A stretch of 64,000 nt of DNA, taken from positions 186,001 to 250,000 of the forward strand of contig NIVC01001279.1 of NCBI GenBank assembly GCA_002269645.1. Direction: 5' to 3'. A model generated the notes under the pieces. It was not told the origin of the DNA and made no database searches. It saw only the letters and a list, made by a program, of their open reading frames with translations. Positions 1 to 10,476 of the stretch are shown here, piece by piece. How positions within the stretch are numbered: the first letter of the stretch is position 1; each line of letters begins with the position of its first letter. The position numbers were made by a program, and so were the translations under genes. This DNA is from Macrostomum lignano (lineage: Eukaryota).

Positions 1-444
1 GGGGTTGGCCATGGGGTTGACGTCTCAACGTTGGCTTTCAATTAAAGGCTTATGGCTATTGGTTAATTTTATTATGAGGTGATATTTCCTGGAAAATGGG
101 AATGCGATCGAGAAGAGAAATAGGAGAAGACTATAAATTGTAGTTAAGGCAGCTCTCCGCCTCGGACCCATGGCTTAATTCGACAAAAGTTCTTCTTCCT
201 CTTCCCCACCGTCCACCGACTCTTCAGCGGCCTCCTCTCCCGTCGATCAATAAATGCGCGAATTGGCTAGTAGAATCTATATCAAATTTCAGCTACTTTA
301 ATTTAGAATGCTACTTTCGGTTTATCCTACTGATAAGGAGACAAGTAGGCTAAATTGAACTTTGCTACTTTAATGTTTTGGGAAGCATAAAATTTCATAA
401 TGTTAGATATTTAGCTGCGTTTAAATTTGATTTTTTATTCAGGT

Positions 445-1900
445 TAGATTGATGGGACGCTAGATCGATGTGATGATAGATGGGATAATAGATCGATGGG
501 ACAGTAGATTTATGGGATAATAAATCGATGGGATAATAGATCGATGAGATAATAGATCGATAGGATAATAGATCGATGGGATAATAATAGATCGATGGGA
601 TAATTGATTGATGGGATAGTAGCTCGATGGGATAATAGATCGATGGGATAATAGATCGATGGGATAATAGATCGATGTGATGATAGATGGGATAATAGAT
701 CGATGGGACAGTAGATTGATGGGATAATAGATCGATGGGACAGTAGATTGATGGGATAATAGATCGATGGGATAATAGATCGATGAGATAATAGATCGAT
801 AGGATAATAGATCGATGGGATAATAATAGATCGATGGGATAATTGATTGATGGGATAATAGATCGATGGGATAATAGATCGATGGGATAATAGATCGATG
901 TGATGATAGATGGGATAATAGATCGATGGGACAGTAGATTTATGGGATAATAGATCGATGGGATAATAGATCGATGGGATAATAGATCGATGGGATAATA
1001 CATCGATGGGATAATAATAGATCGATGGGATAATAATAGATCGATGGTATAATAATAGATGGATAGGATAATAGATCGATGGGATAATAGATCGATGGGA
1101 TAATAATAGATCGATGGGATAATTGATCGATGGGATAATAGATCGATGGGATAATAGATCGATGGGATAATAGATCGATGGGATAATAGATCGATGGGAT
1201 AATAATTGATCGATGGGACAGTAGATCGATGGGATAATATATCGATGGGATAATAATTGATCGATGGGACAGTAGATCGATGGGATAATATATCGATGGG
1301 ATAATAATTGATCGATGGGACAGTAGATCGATGGGATAATAATAGATCGATAGGATAATGGATCGATTGGATAATAGATCGATGGGATAATAATTAATAG
1401 ATCGATGGGATAATAATTAATAGATCGATGGGATAATACATCGATGGGATAATAGATCGATGGGATAATACATCGATGGGATAATAGATCGATGGAATAA
1501 TAATAGATCGATGGGATAATAATAGATCGATGGGATAATAATAGATCGATGGGATAATAATAGATCGATGGGATAATAATAGATCGATAGGATAATAGAT
1601 CGATGGGATAATAGATCTATGGGATAATAATAGATCGATGGGATAATAATAGATCGATGGGATAATAATAGATCGATGGGATAATAATAGATCGATGGGA
1701 TAATAGATCGATGGGATAATAGATCGATGGGATAATAGATCGATGGGATAATAGATCGATGGGATAATAGATCGATGGGATAATAGATCGATGGGATAAT
1801 AGATCGATGGGATAATAGATCGATGGGATAATAGATCGATGGGATAATAGATCGATGGGATAATAGATCGATGGGATAATAGATCGATGGGATAATAGAT
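445..1900. repeat. Minisatellite of 16-bp (GATCGATGGGATAATA) and 19-bp (+ATA) units, probably in an NSF intron
   Basis: Tandem units visible directly; ORFs 395-1003 and 1394-2014 are its translations (16-aa period = 3 x 16 bp). Confidence 0.95.
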
Positions 1901-2220
1901 GGAATGGCCTTGGGAAAATAGCCTACAAAACGGTTTGTTGTTGCCCCTCCCAGGGCTGATCCGCGGGTAGCCCCCGGCTTCCCACCCCCGTTTAACAAAA
2001 CGGTTTATAGACATTCGAGGCCTCCGGGAAGTTTGGAATTATATAACAAAAGAGGGTTATTTTTCTCATTTCTCATATTCTTATACAGCAATAAAATGGT
2101 AAGCATCGACTTAAATGAATATCTAGTTCAGCATCAACCCCGATGCATCTTCGAGACCTTCAAAGAGTGGCAATTACTTTACACAGTTTTAACTGCAATC
2201 GGAATTCAAACCACTCGCAG

Positions 2221-2577
2221 GTGCACGACACTGTAGTCAACCAGCTACTGTCGAAAATCGATGGCGTTGAAACGCTGAACAACATCCTAGTCATCGGCAT
2301 GACCAATCGCAAGGACATGATCGACGAGGCCCTGCTCCGTCCGGGCCGCTTCGAGGTGCAAATGGAGATCAGCCTGCCAGACGAGCACGGCCGGCACCAG
2401 ATTCTGAGCATTCACACCAGCAAGATTCGCGACAATGGCAAATTATCGCCAGACGTTGACGTGCGCGAATTGGCAGCCAAGACTAAGAACTTTTCCGGAG
2501 CTGAACTGGCCGGGTTGGTGCGCGCGGCTACCGTGACGGCTATGAATCGTTTGGTGCAGGCGTCTGAGAAGGTTCAG
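2221..2577 (+). CDS. NSF: NSF (vesicle-fusing ATPase) exon: end of the D1 AAA domain, second region of homology
   Basis: CAG acceptor ending at 2220 and GTGAGA donor at 2578; 357 bp, phase 0/0; [16 protein letters not shown]...[21 protein letters not shown]...TKNFSGAEL is the recognisable NSF D1 signature. Upstream exons lie outside the window. Confidence 0.95.
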
Positions 2578-2780
2578 GTGAGACTATAGGCTTCCGTTTC
2601 TTCAAGTATAGTGCCGGAACCAGTATGGATAGGAATTGAAACGGCTTTGTATAAAACGCGTTAACGTGGGACTTTAAGGATTGGATTGAAAATCACGAAG
2701 GACCAGAGTTTGATTCTCATAGTTCCGTTGTATCGTTAATGAGTCTCAATATGCTGGAAGTTGTCCATGGGATGTCTCGG

Positions 2781-4018
2781 TATGGGAGTCTCTTAGTGGG
2801 TCGGCATGAGAGTCTCTTAGTGGGTCGGCATGAGAGTCTCTTAGTGGGTCGGCACGAGAGTCTCTTAGTGGGTCGGTATGAGAGTCTCTTAGTGGGTCGG
2901 TATGAGAGTCTCTTAGTGGGTCGGTTTGAGAGTCTCTTAGTGGGTCGGCATGAGAGTCTCTTAGTGGGTCGGTTTGAGAGTCTCTTAGTGGGTCGGTTTG
3001 AGAGTCTCTTAGTGGGTCGGTATGAGAGTCTTAGTGGGTCGGTTTGAGAGTCTCTTAGTGGGTCGGTTTGAGAGTCTCTTAGTGGGTCGGTTTGAGAGTC
3101 TCTTAGTGGGTCGGTTTGAGAGTCTCTTAGTGGGTCGGTATGAGAGTCTCTTAGTGGGTCGGTTTAAGAGTCTCTTAGTGGGTCGGTATGAGAGTCTCTT
3201 AGTGGGTCGGTATGAGAGTCTCTTAGTGGGTCGGTTTGAGAGTCTCTTAGTGGGTCGGTATGAGAGTCTCTTAGTGGGTCGGTTTGAGAGTCTCTTAGTG
3301 GGTCGGTTTGAGAGTCTCTTAGTGGGTCGGCATGAGAGTCTCTTAGTGGGTCGGCATGAGAGTCTCTTAGTGGGTCGGCATGAGAGTCTCTTAGTGGGTC
3401 GGTTTGAGAGTCTCTTAGTGGGTCGGTATGAGAGTCTCTTAGTGGGTCGGTTTGAGAGTCTCTTAGTGGGTCGGTATGAGAGTCTCTTAGTGGGTCGGTT
3501 TGAGAGTCTCTTAGTGGGTCGGTTTGAGAGTCTCTTAGTGGGTCGGTATGAGAGTCTCTTAGTGGGTCGGTTTAAGAGCCGCTTGATGGGTCGGTTTGAG
3601 AGTCTCTTAGTGGGTCGGTTTAAGAGCCGCTTGGTGGGTCGGTTTGAGAGTCTCTTAGTGGGTCGGTATGAGAGTCTCTTAGTGGGTCGGTATGAGAGTC
3701 TCTTAGTGGGTCGGTATGAGAGTCTCTTAGTGGGTCGGTTTAAGAGCCGCTTGATGGGTCGGTTTGAGAGTCTCTTAGTGGGTCGGTTTAAGAGCCGCTT
3801 GGTGGGTCGGTTTGAGAGTCTCTTAGTGGGTCGGTATGAGAGTCTCTTAGTGGGTCGGTATGAGAGTCTCTTAGTGGGTCGGTATGAGAGTCTCTTAGTG
3901 GGTCGGTATGAGAGTCTCTTGGTGGGTCGGCATGAGAGTCTCTTAGTGGGTCGGCATGAGAGTCTCTTAGTGGGTCGGCATGAGAGTCTCTTAGTGGGTC
4001 GGTATGAGAGTCTCTTCA
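2781..4018. repeat. 24-bp minisatellite (TGAGAGTCTCTTAGTGGGTCGGT[A/T]), about 51 copies, in an NSF intron
   Basis: Tandem units visible; ORFs 3009-4019 and 3022-4065 are 8-aa-period translations. Confidence 0.97.
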
Positions 4019-4124
4019 TACCGATCAGTCGGTATAACTCTTATAATCTGGAGATGTCTGGATGAGAAACCAGTAGCTCACATGTGTATTTTGATTCAAA
4101 TATCAAACGCTTCTGGATCTTTAG

Positions 4125-4618
4125 GTGGACCCGGACGCAATCGAAAAACTTTGCGTCACTCGTCACGACTTCTTGCACGCCCTCGAATACGACATACGGC
4201 CGTCTTTTGGTGCCAAGAAGAGGAGCTGGATCGTTACGTCACAGGCGGTCTGGTCCAATGGGGCAACCCCGTAAATCACGTGATCGAGCACGGCCTGCTG
4301 GCGACGAGAGCCGCCCGAGCCGAAGCCGAAGCTGGCGCAGATTCCGGCCGACCGGTGGCTCTGCTTCTAGAAGGACCGCGCAACAGCGGTAAAACGGCGC
4401 TGGCCGTGCACATCGCCCGACAAGCCGGATTCTCCTACGTCCGCCTGGCAACTAGCAAAAACATGGTCGGCTTCAACGAAGTGGCGAAATGCATGGCCGT
4501 TAAAAAGTTTTTCGACGACGCGCACAAAGCCAAGCAGGCCGTTGTTATTCTGGATGGACTCGAGGGACTCATAGATTACAGCCCGGTAGGGCCGAGGTAC
4601 TCAAACTATGTACTGCAG
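4125..4618 (+). CDS. NSF: NSF exon: D1-D2 linker and D2 domain, with a 1-nt frameshift near 4213-4216
   Basis: TTTAG acceptor ending at 4124 and GTGAGA donor at 4619; reads VDPDAIEKLCVTRHDFLHALEYDIRPSFGA, then in a shifted frame QEEELDRYV...LLEGPRNSGKTALA (Walker A)...PVGPRYSNYVLQ, collinear with NSF. Confidence 0.92.
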
Positions 4619-4743
4619 GTGAGACGCTGCTGGGTTACATGCCAATGGTGTAGATTTGCAACATTCTTTTGCTTTCGTTTGCCAAGAGCCTTGAGTCTTG
4701 AATCGCCTGGAGTCTCAGTGTCTTCCTGGAGTTTCAATGTCGT

Positions 4744-5112
4744 CCTGGTGTCTCTCGGAGTCCCACTGTCTCCCTGGTGTCTCTCGGAGTCTCGCTGTCT
4801 CCCTGGTGTCTCTCGGAGTCTCACTGTCTCCCTGGTGTCTCTCGGAGTCCCACTGTCTCCCTGGTGTCTCTCGGAGTCTCGCTGTCTCCCTGGTGTCTCT
4901 CGGAGTCTCACTGTCTCCCTGGTGTCTCTCGGAGTCCCACTGTCTCCCTGGTGTCTCTCGGAGTCTCACTGTCTCCCTGGTGTCTCTCGGAGTCCCACTG
5001 TCTCCCTAGTGTCTCTCGGAGTCCCACTGTCTCCCTGGTGTCTCTCGGAGTCTCACTGTCTCCCTGGTGTCTCTCGGAGTCTCACTGTCTCCCTGGTGTC
5101 TCTCGGACTCCT
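4744..5112. repeat. 29-bp minisatellite (CTCCCTGGTGTCTCTCGGAGTC[C/T]CACTGT), about 12.5 copies, in an NSF intron
   Basis: Tandem units visible (e.g. at 4801 and 4830); the 29-aa periodic ORFs are its translations. Confidence 0.95.
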
Positions 5113-5169
5113 AGTGTCTCTAAAGTCTAGATAAATAAAGGTAAATATCAACATGAAGTATTATTTGAG

Positions 5170-5212
5170 TTGCCGATGCATTTCGTCCATTTGCATTAGG
5201 ACATCGTCAGGG
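5170..5212 (-). ncRNA. Mirror copy of the hammerhead ribozyme motif on the minus strand
   Basis: Left arm of the perfect inverted repeat; CUGACGA at 5210-5204, predicted cleavage C at 5175. Confidence 0.62.
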
Positions 5213-5235
5213 TCTTTTCGTCCATTTGCAAAAGA

Positions 5236-5278
5236 CCCTGACGATGTCCTAATGCAAATGGACGAAATGCATCGGCAA
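5236..5278 (+). ncRNA. Minimal type I hammerhead ribozyme motif
   Basis: CUGACGA (5238-5244), extra U, stem II GUCC/GGAC with a 10-nt loop, GAAA (5264-5267), palindromic mini stem III AUGCAU, AUC cleavage triplet (cut 3' of 5273); stem I has only CC/GG contiguous pairs. Confidence 0.65.
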
Positions 5279-5643
5279 CTCAAATAATACTTCATGTTGA
5301 TATTTACCTTTATTTATCTACTCTTCATCAAGCGAGCCACTTTACCTGATCTCTAAAGTCTCTCAGAATGTCTTTGAATATCTCATGACCGGAGGTATAT
5401 ACCTATGTATAATCATTTATACTTTTTTATATTAAATTCTAGCCAAATCTCAGTCTCCCTGACCCCCAGGGAGACCTTATACATATATACCGGTTTATAA
5501 ATAGTATAAATCTTCGCGTAGTCTTTCAGCATTGTATTGTCTTCCCAGTGTCTTAAACACAATTCTTTTTAAGACTACCATGGATCAATCTTAGCCTCTC
5601 GAATTTATGAGCTGCTTTATTCCAACCAACTCAATAAAACCAG

Positions 5644-6006
5644 GCTCTTCGCGACCTCATCACGGCCCCGCTGCCGCGCAACAAGTGCCTGCTGCTGCTC
5701 GGCACCACCAGCTGCCGCGACGCCCTGGAAGAACTCGGCCTAGTTCAGTGCTTCACTGCCGGCAAGATCCACGTCAGTAATTTGACTCAACCGGAGCACC
5801 TGGTCACCGCGCTAAACCAGTTGGACGCGGCTAAATTTACTGAGAAAGAGGTGCGTCAGATTTACAAGTCCGTGTCCGGCTGCCGGCTGAACATCGGCAT
5901 CAAGGAGCTGCTGGACGTGGCCCGCATGACCAACCGGGTGGAGGAGGGCGACAGGGTTCGCTACTTTCTCGACCGGCTGAATGAGGACGGCAGGCTGACC
6001 GAGTAG
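5644..6006 (+). CDS. NSF: NSF terminal coding exon
   Basis: CCAG acceptor ending at 5643; ALRDLITAPLPRNKCLLLLGTTS...NIGIKELL...RVRYFLDRLNEDG* aligns with the NSF C-terminus; TAG at 6004-6006; AATAAA at 6012 and 6142. Confidence 0.9.
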   Translation, partial: ALRDLITAPLPRNKCLLLLGTTSCRDALEELGLVQCFTAGKIHVSNLTQPEHLVTALNQLDAAKFTEKEVRQIYKSVSGCRLNIGIKELLDVARMTNRVEEGDRVRYFLDRLNEDGRLTE

Positions 6007-7024
6007 AGCTTAATAAATATGTGGATGTTTAATAACATTATCAATGACGTCACTTGCTAATGTCACATAAATATCCTTAGTAGCAAAAAACTACGTCACT
6101 AGCCCAATGACGTCACTAGAATAGTCTATGATGACGTCACCAATAAATAGTTCCTAAAACCAATTGCGCTAATTGATGTAATGACAATATTTTTCTTTTC
6201 TTTTGCTTAGATTACTTTTAGTCGGTTTGATGAGTCTGAGTATCATTTTTTTTTCAATTTTCCATTTGTGAATGTTTTATATGGTTGGCAATACTGATAA
6301 AATAATAACTGATTTTTACAGGTCTCTAGCTATCGTTACTAAAGCGTAGGTTGAATTGACAGACCGCCAATTCATCAGACAATAGCATGTACAGTTTTTA
6401 CAAACTATAACAAAGCATAATACTAGATGTTGTTACTATAAATATATATATTTATATTTATACATTTCTTCTTTATGGTCTGGTACGGAAAAAAGCAATC
6501 AATGTTTTATCGTTCAAGTGAATTATTTTTGTCGTCGTTTTGCAATTTGTTATTTCACTCAGCTATAATTGGATTTCAACGGCATTTTTGTTGTGATCTT
6601 TGCGCTTTTATAGACGAAGATATAAGATTATCTCGTCAGAAATGTTTTCGTTTTTTGGGTGTTTTTCCGTGTTTTTTAAAGGCTTATTAGACTCTACACA
6701 GTATGCTATGCTGAATTTAGCTAATTCCAGGCAATATTTATTCCACATGTATAACTTATCATAGCAACGAAATAGTTTTTAGATACAGTTGGTTTTCTAT
6801 GCCCAAGTTAAAATACCTCTACGATATAGAAATCTTTTTAGTTTCTTGCTTTTTCTGTTGTTTGTATGTTCTTTTTTAGGTAACCTCGCTGTCAGTCAGT
6901 CAGTTAATCGCAAATATACACACCTTAGTTTAGAAACTTTATATATAGCGATTTAATAAAGCACTAATTAATTATATGCCTTCCTTCAGAGAATTTATTT
7001 ATTTTTTAATACTGTACTTACGAA

Positions 7025-7220
7025 AAGTGGCGGATCTAGCGGGGGGGTCAAGGGGTTTGGCTGACCCCCACCAGAGAAAATTAGGGGGGTCAAGGTGGTT
7101 GGCTGACCCCCACTGGAGAAAATGTAAGGGGGGTCAAGGGGGTTGACGGACCCACCAGAAAAAAATTGGAGGGGGCAAGGGGGGTCATGACCTCCGGGAA
7201 AAATCCAGGATTCGCCACTG
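7025..7220. mobile_element. 196-bp hAT-like MITE with internal ~40-bp subrepeats
   Basis: 12-bp terminal inverted repeats (AAGTGGCGGATC / GATTCGCCACTG, 10/12); 8-bp flanks CTTACGAA and CTTCCGAG (6/8, decayed TSD); internal GGGGGGTCAAG...CTGACCCCCA repeats. Confidence 0.65.
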
Positions 7221-8469
7221 CTTCCGAGTGGCGAATTGAATTTCCGACAGATGATAGCTCATTTTGATCCACAGTATTGGGAAAATACTTATTACATTAC
7301 GTGTATTTATTTGCTATGTTGCACTATAAATAAATTTACCCTTTTTATCAGTTGCCATGCGAAAATTCAGGTGCCAAAAACGGACGCTTAAAGCGGCGAC
7401 AAAATTTCATTTTTGAGGCGGCATCGATTTTTGCGTGTACGCATTGCTTAGGAGTAAGTCAGGCGGATTTACAAACGCAAAATTAATATACAAAAATGCG
7501 GAAATACACTCGACCGCACGTCCCCCGCGCAATCAATATCGATACGCCTGTTTCAGATCTTCTGAGTTTCTTACTGGGGGGGTGTAGGAAATTTCCACCA
7601 CCCACACCAACTTCAATCCCGAAAGAGAAGCGGTCGACTAATAATAAAAAAACACGTGACAAATTCTTCAACTTAAACAATTCTGCGTTGCCCATGGGCC
7701 ATGACTAACTTAAAATAAGCAGATCTAAGCACGAGAAATATATATTTAAAAATAAAACTCATGCAAAAAGGAAAATTGCGCCATTTAGTGGTTTTCTCTG
7801 AGTCTCAATCGTTAGAATTCCGAGCTGCCTGAAAAAGTGGAATTGATATAATAGCTTTGGCAAAATCTAGAACCCAGTCAACTAAGAGGCCAACTAATTA
7901 CTAAAGGAGAGAGGGGCGGGCTTTTAAAAGGCCATTATACAATCGTTATCGTCAGTCATATAATGCATTAAGCCGTTTCATTCTGATGCCTAGACTACGC
8001 TACGGACAAGGAACTATTTCCAGCCAAAAGGGTGAAATAAGTTCACGGCAAGTCCAAAAAGGCATTTTCCGTCTTCTCTCTACCCCGCGATATTTTCTCT
8101 CTCCACCGTGTGGCCTCCGCCAATTCCTGAAATTAGATGTACACTGCGCTTCAAGGTCCTCCCAGCTGCGCTTCTCTCCCCCTCCAGTCCCGCCACCCCA
8201 TTTCCGCGGCGGCAGTGTACACTCTTCACAAGCTTAATGTACATTCCTCCCCTGCCATTACCCCAGCCTTCAGGAGAGAGAATGAAAGAGAAGCCTCTAC
8301 CGGCCCTACTCCCTTCGATAAACAGGCCAGTAAACACAGACAGGGGTTTCTCTCCCTCGCCCCCTATCTTATATTAAAACTCGTTCCACTGCCCCCCCAC
8401 TCCGCTCAGCTGACTGAAATTAATAAAAGTCCAAAAACACCCAACGAATACTGAGAGAAACGACAGCTC

Positions 8470-8569
8470 GTGAGTCGTTAGTAGCTCAGTTATAATTATA
8501 AATTAGTCATTAAGATTATTGTTTATTAAAGTCTATCCGATAGTTTGACGAGAGTTGAGAATTTGGCAG
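8470..8569 (+). other. Probable 100-bp 5'UTR intron of the stathmin-like gene
   Basis: Consensus GTGAGT donor at 8470 and TTTGGCAG acceptor ending at 8569, 25 nt before the ATG at 8595. Confidence 0.45.
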
Positions 8570-8594
8570 GAAATTATAAAGAATATATTAAATC

Positions 8595-8864
8595 ATGTCA
8601 ACTAGTGACAATCAATCAGTAAAAACGGCTACGGCTTTTGTAATTACGGACGTTACTGACACTACCAATTGTAACGGTAATGACACAGAAGACGCTCAGA
8701 TGCACGACGCAACCACGACGCAAGTTGTCGAGGCTGAGACTGTCGGGACCGCCACCACCGCCTTGCCCGATCGACTGCGTAAACGCCTGCTTAGCGAGCG
8801 CAAGTGTCGACCAACTAACGAGCAGCTTGACCAGAAGCTGGCCAGAGCCGAGCAAAGACGCCAG
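8595..8864 (+). CDS. Exon 1 of a duplicated stathmin-like coiled-coil protein (~438 aa in total)
   Basis: ATG in AT-rich context; GTTAGT donor at 8865, phase 0; LPDRLRKRL...EQLDQKLARAEQRRQ resembles the stathmin/STMND1 KLxxAExRR motif. The family call is tentative. Confidence 0.75.
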
Positions 8865-9266
8865 GTTAGTTTAAGGGAACTTTCACCGCGACAACGCCAT
8901 TGACCTGGTATTTAGCACACGCGAAAATGCCTTTTGCGCGGTTCACATTCGTTCTCATTTGCTCAAGCTCTCATTTTGATGAATCAAGCATTTAGTTTCG
9001 CTATTTAATTATGGGTGTTTGACTAATGCCCTGTCTGGGTTTGCGTGCCGCTTTGTGAATAATTTCTTTTTGTCCACCTGGAATGAAGTAAGGCAAGGCT
9101 GGTCAGGTAACTCATTTGCATGAAAGAATTACTTGATCAAGTAATAAAGAAACTTTATTTGCATATCTCTAGTACACTACTGATGCTAACTAACCAGTAG
9201 CATGCAGGGAATGAGCATGTTGTAAATACAGCTAAAGGTAAAAAGTTTCAACAAACTCGATTTCAG

Positions 9267-9811
9267 AAACAATTCGCAAAGCGCGCTGCCAGCGCTCGCG
9301 AAGCCGAAGCTCGATGCCGCCGAGTCGCCGAGGCGATGGAGACCCTCCATGCCCGACGCCCGCAGTCTCGAGCCGAAGTTGTCCAGCGCTACGTTCGACT
9401 ACGCCACGACCTACAGGAAGTTCTGGGCCGTTTCAACAGCGAGGTGGAGCGAACCAACTGCGCCCTGTTCGCTGGCCCGCCGCTACTGGCTTTCGGCGGC
9501 GGCTTGGGCTACTCGCCGTCGACATCGTCTAGGACGTCGACATCGACAACTGCTGCAACTGCGTCAGCACCGACTGCTACTACATCGACATCAAGTTCGT
9601 GGCAGCATCGACCAGCGACAGCCTTCGTTGTTGGCCAAACCAACGGAACGATGCGCCCGCTGCAGCTGCCAGCGCAGCCGACGCGTCGATCTCCGTGGAG
9701 ATGCCGGCCCGGCTGAGACAGCGGCTGGCCGCCTACCCGAGGCGCCGGGGGCGGCACGAGCTGAAGATGGCGCTGGAGAAGAAACTGGCTGACGCCCAGC
9801 GGAGGAAAGAG
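9267..9811 (+). CDS. Exon 2 of the stathmin-like gene, with a 1-nt frameshift at about 9647-9648
   Basis: TTTCAG acceptor ending at 9266; KQFAKRAASAREAEARCRRV...ATAFVVGQTNG, then in a shifted frame NDAPAAA...MPARLRQRL...LEKKLADAQRRKE; GT donor at 9812. Confidence 0.72.
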
Positions 9812-9914
9812 GTTCGCGAGTTTCATTGGTTTTTATTTATTATTTATAGGGGATCAAATTTTGAGGGGGTCAAATGACATCCTCTCCTACTTCCACTCCC
9901 AATGGCAAGCCTTA

Positions 9915-10324
9915 GGTCAGATGACCCCCTGTCCATTACCTAGCTTACACTGGCTAGCTTTGGGGTCAGATGGTCCCCTGTCCATTACCTAGCTTACACT
10001 GGCTAGCTTTGGGGTCAGATGACCCCCTGTCCCTTACCTAGCTTACACTGGCTAGCTTTGGGGTCAGATGACCCCCTGTCCCTTACCTAGCTTACACTGG
10101 CTAGCTTTGGGGTCAGATGACCCCCTGTACATTACCTAGCTTACACTGGCTAGCTTTGGGGTCAGATGACCCCCTGTCCCTTACCTAGCTTACACTGGCT
10201 AGCTTTGGGGTCAGATGACCCCCTGTCCATTACCTAGCTTACACTGGCTAGCTTTGGGGTCAGATGACCCCCTGTCCATTACCTAGCTTACACTGGCTAG
10301 CTTTGGGGTCAGATGACCTCCTGT
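9915..10324. repeat. 49-bp minisatellite, about 8 copies, in intron 2 of the stathmin-like gene
   Basis: Unit TTTGGGGTCAGATGACCCCCTGTCCATTACCTAGCTTACACTGGCTAGC (period 9961 to 10010). Confidence 0.95.
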
Positions 10325-10476
10325 CAACTTCCTAGCCTACCCTACGAGTATATTGAACTCTTAATCTGTCAATTAGATGATGCTACTTCTATTATTTAAC
10401 ATGCACTACAGCTGATTCAGCCGCTTACAAGTGGTGTAGATAAAGCGGGTATATTGAATTTTTATTCCCCCCCCAG

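Larger units (their letters stand above)
5117..5361. mobile_element. Foldback insertion: perfect 91-bp inverted repeat, 29-nt tail and 12-bp flanking direct repeats; Penelope-like pseudo-LTR relic
   Basis: Arms 5128-5218 and 5230-5320 are exact reverse complements; 11-nt spacer 5219-5229; TCTCTAAAGTCT at 5117-5128 and 5350-5361; hammerhead core in each arm. The PLE assignment is inference. Confidence 0.75.

Noticed and set aside
4205-4225. Programmed ribosomal frameshift in NSF
   Set aside because: No slippery heptamer or evident stimulatory structure; one-base deletion errors are shown elsewhere in this window
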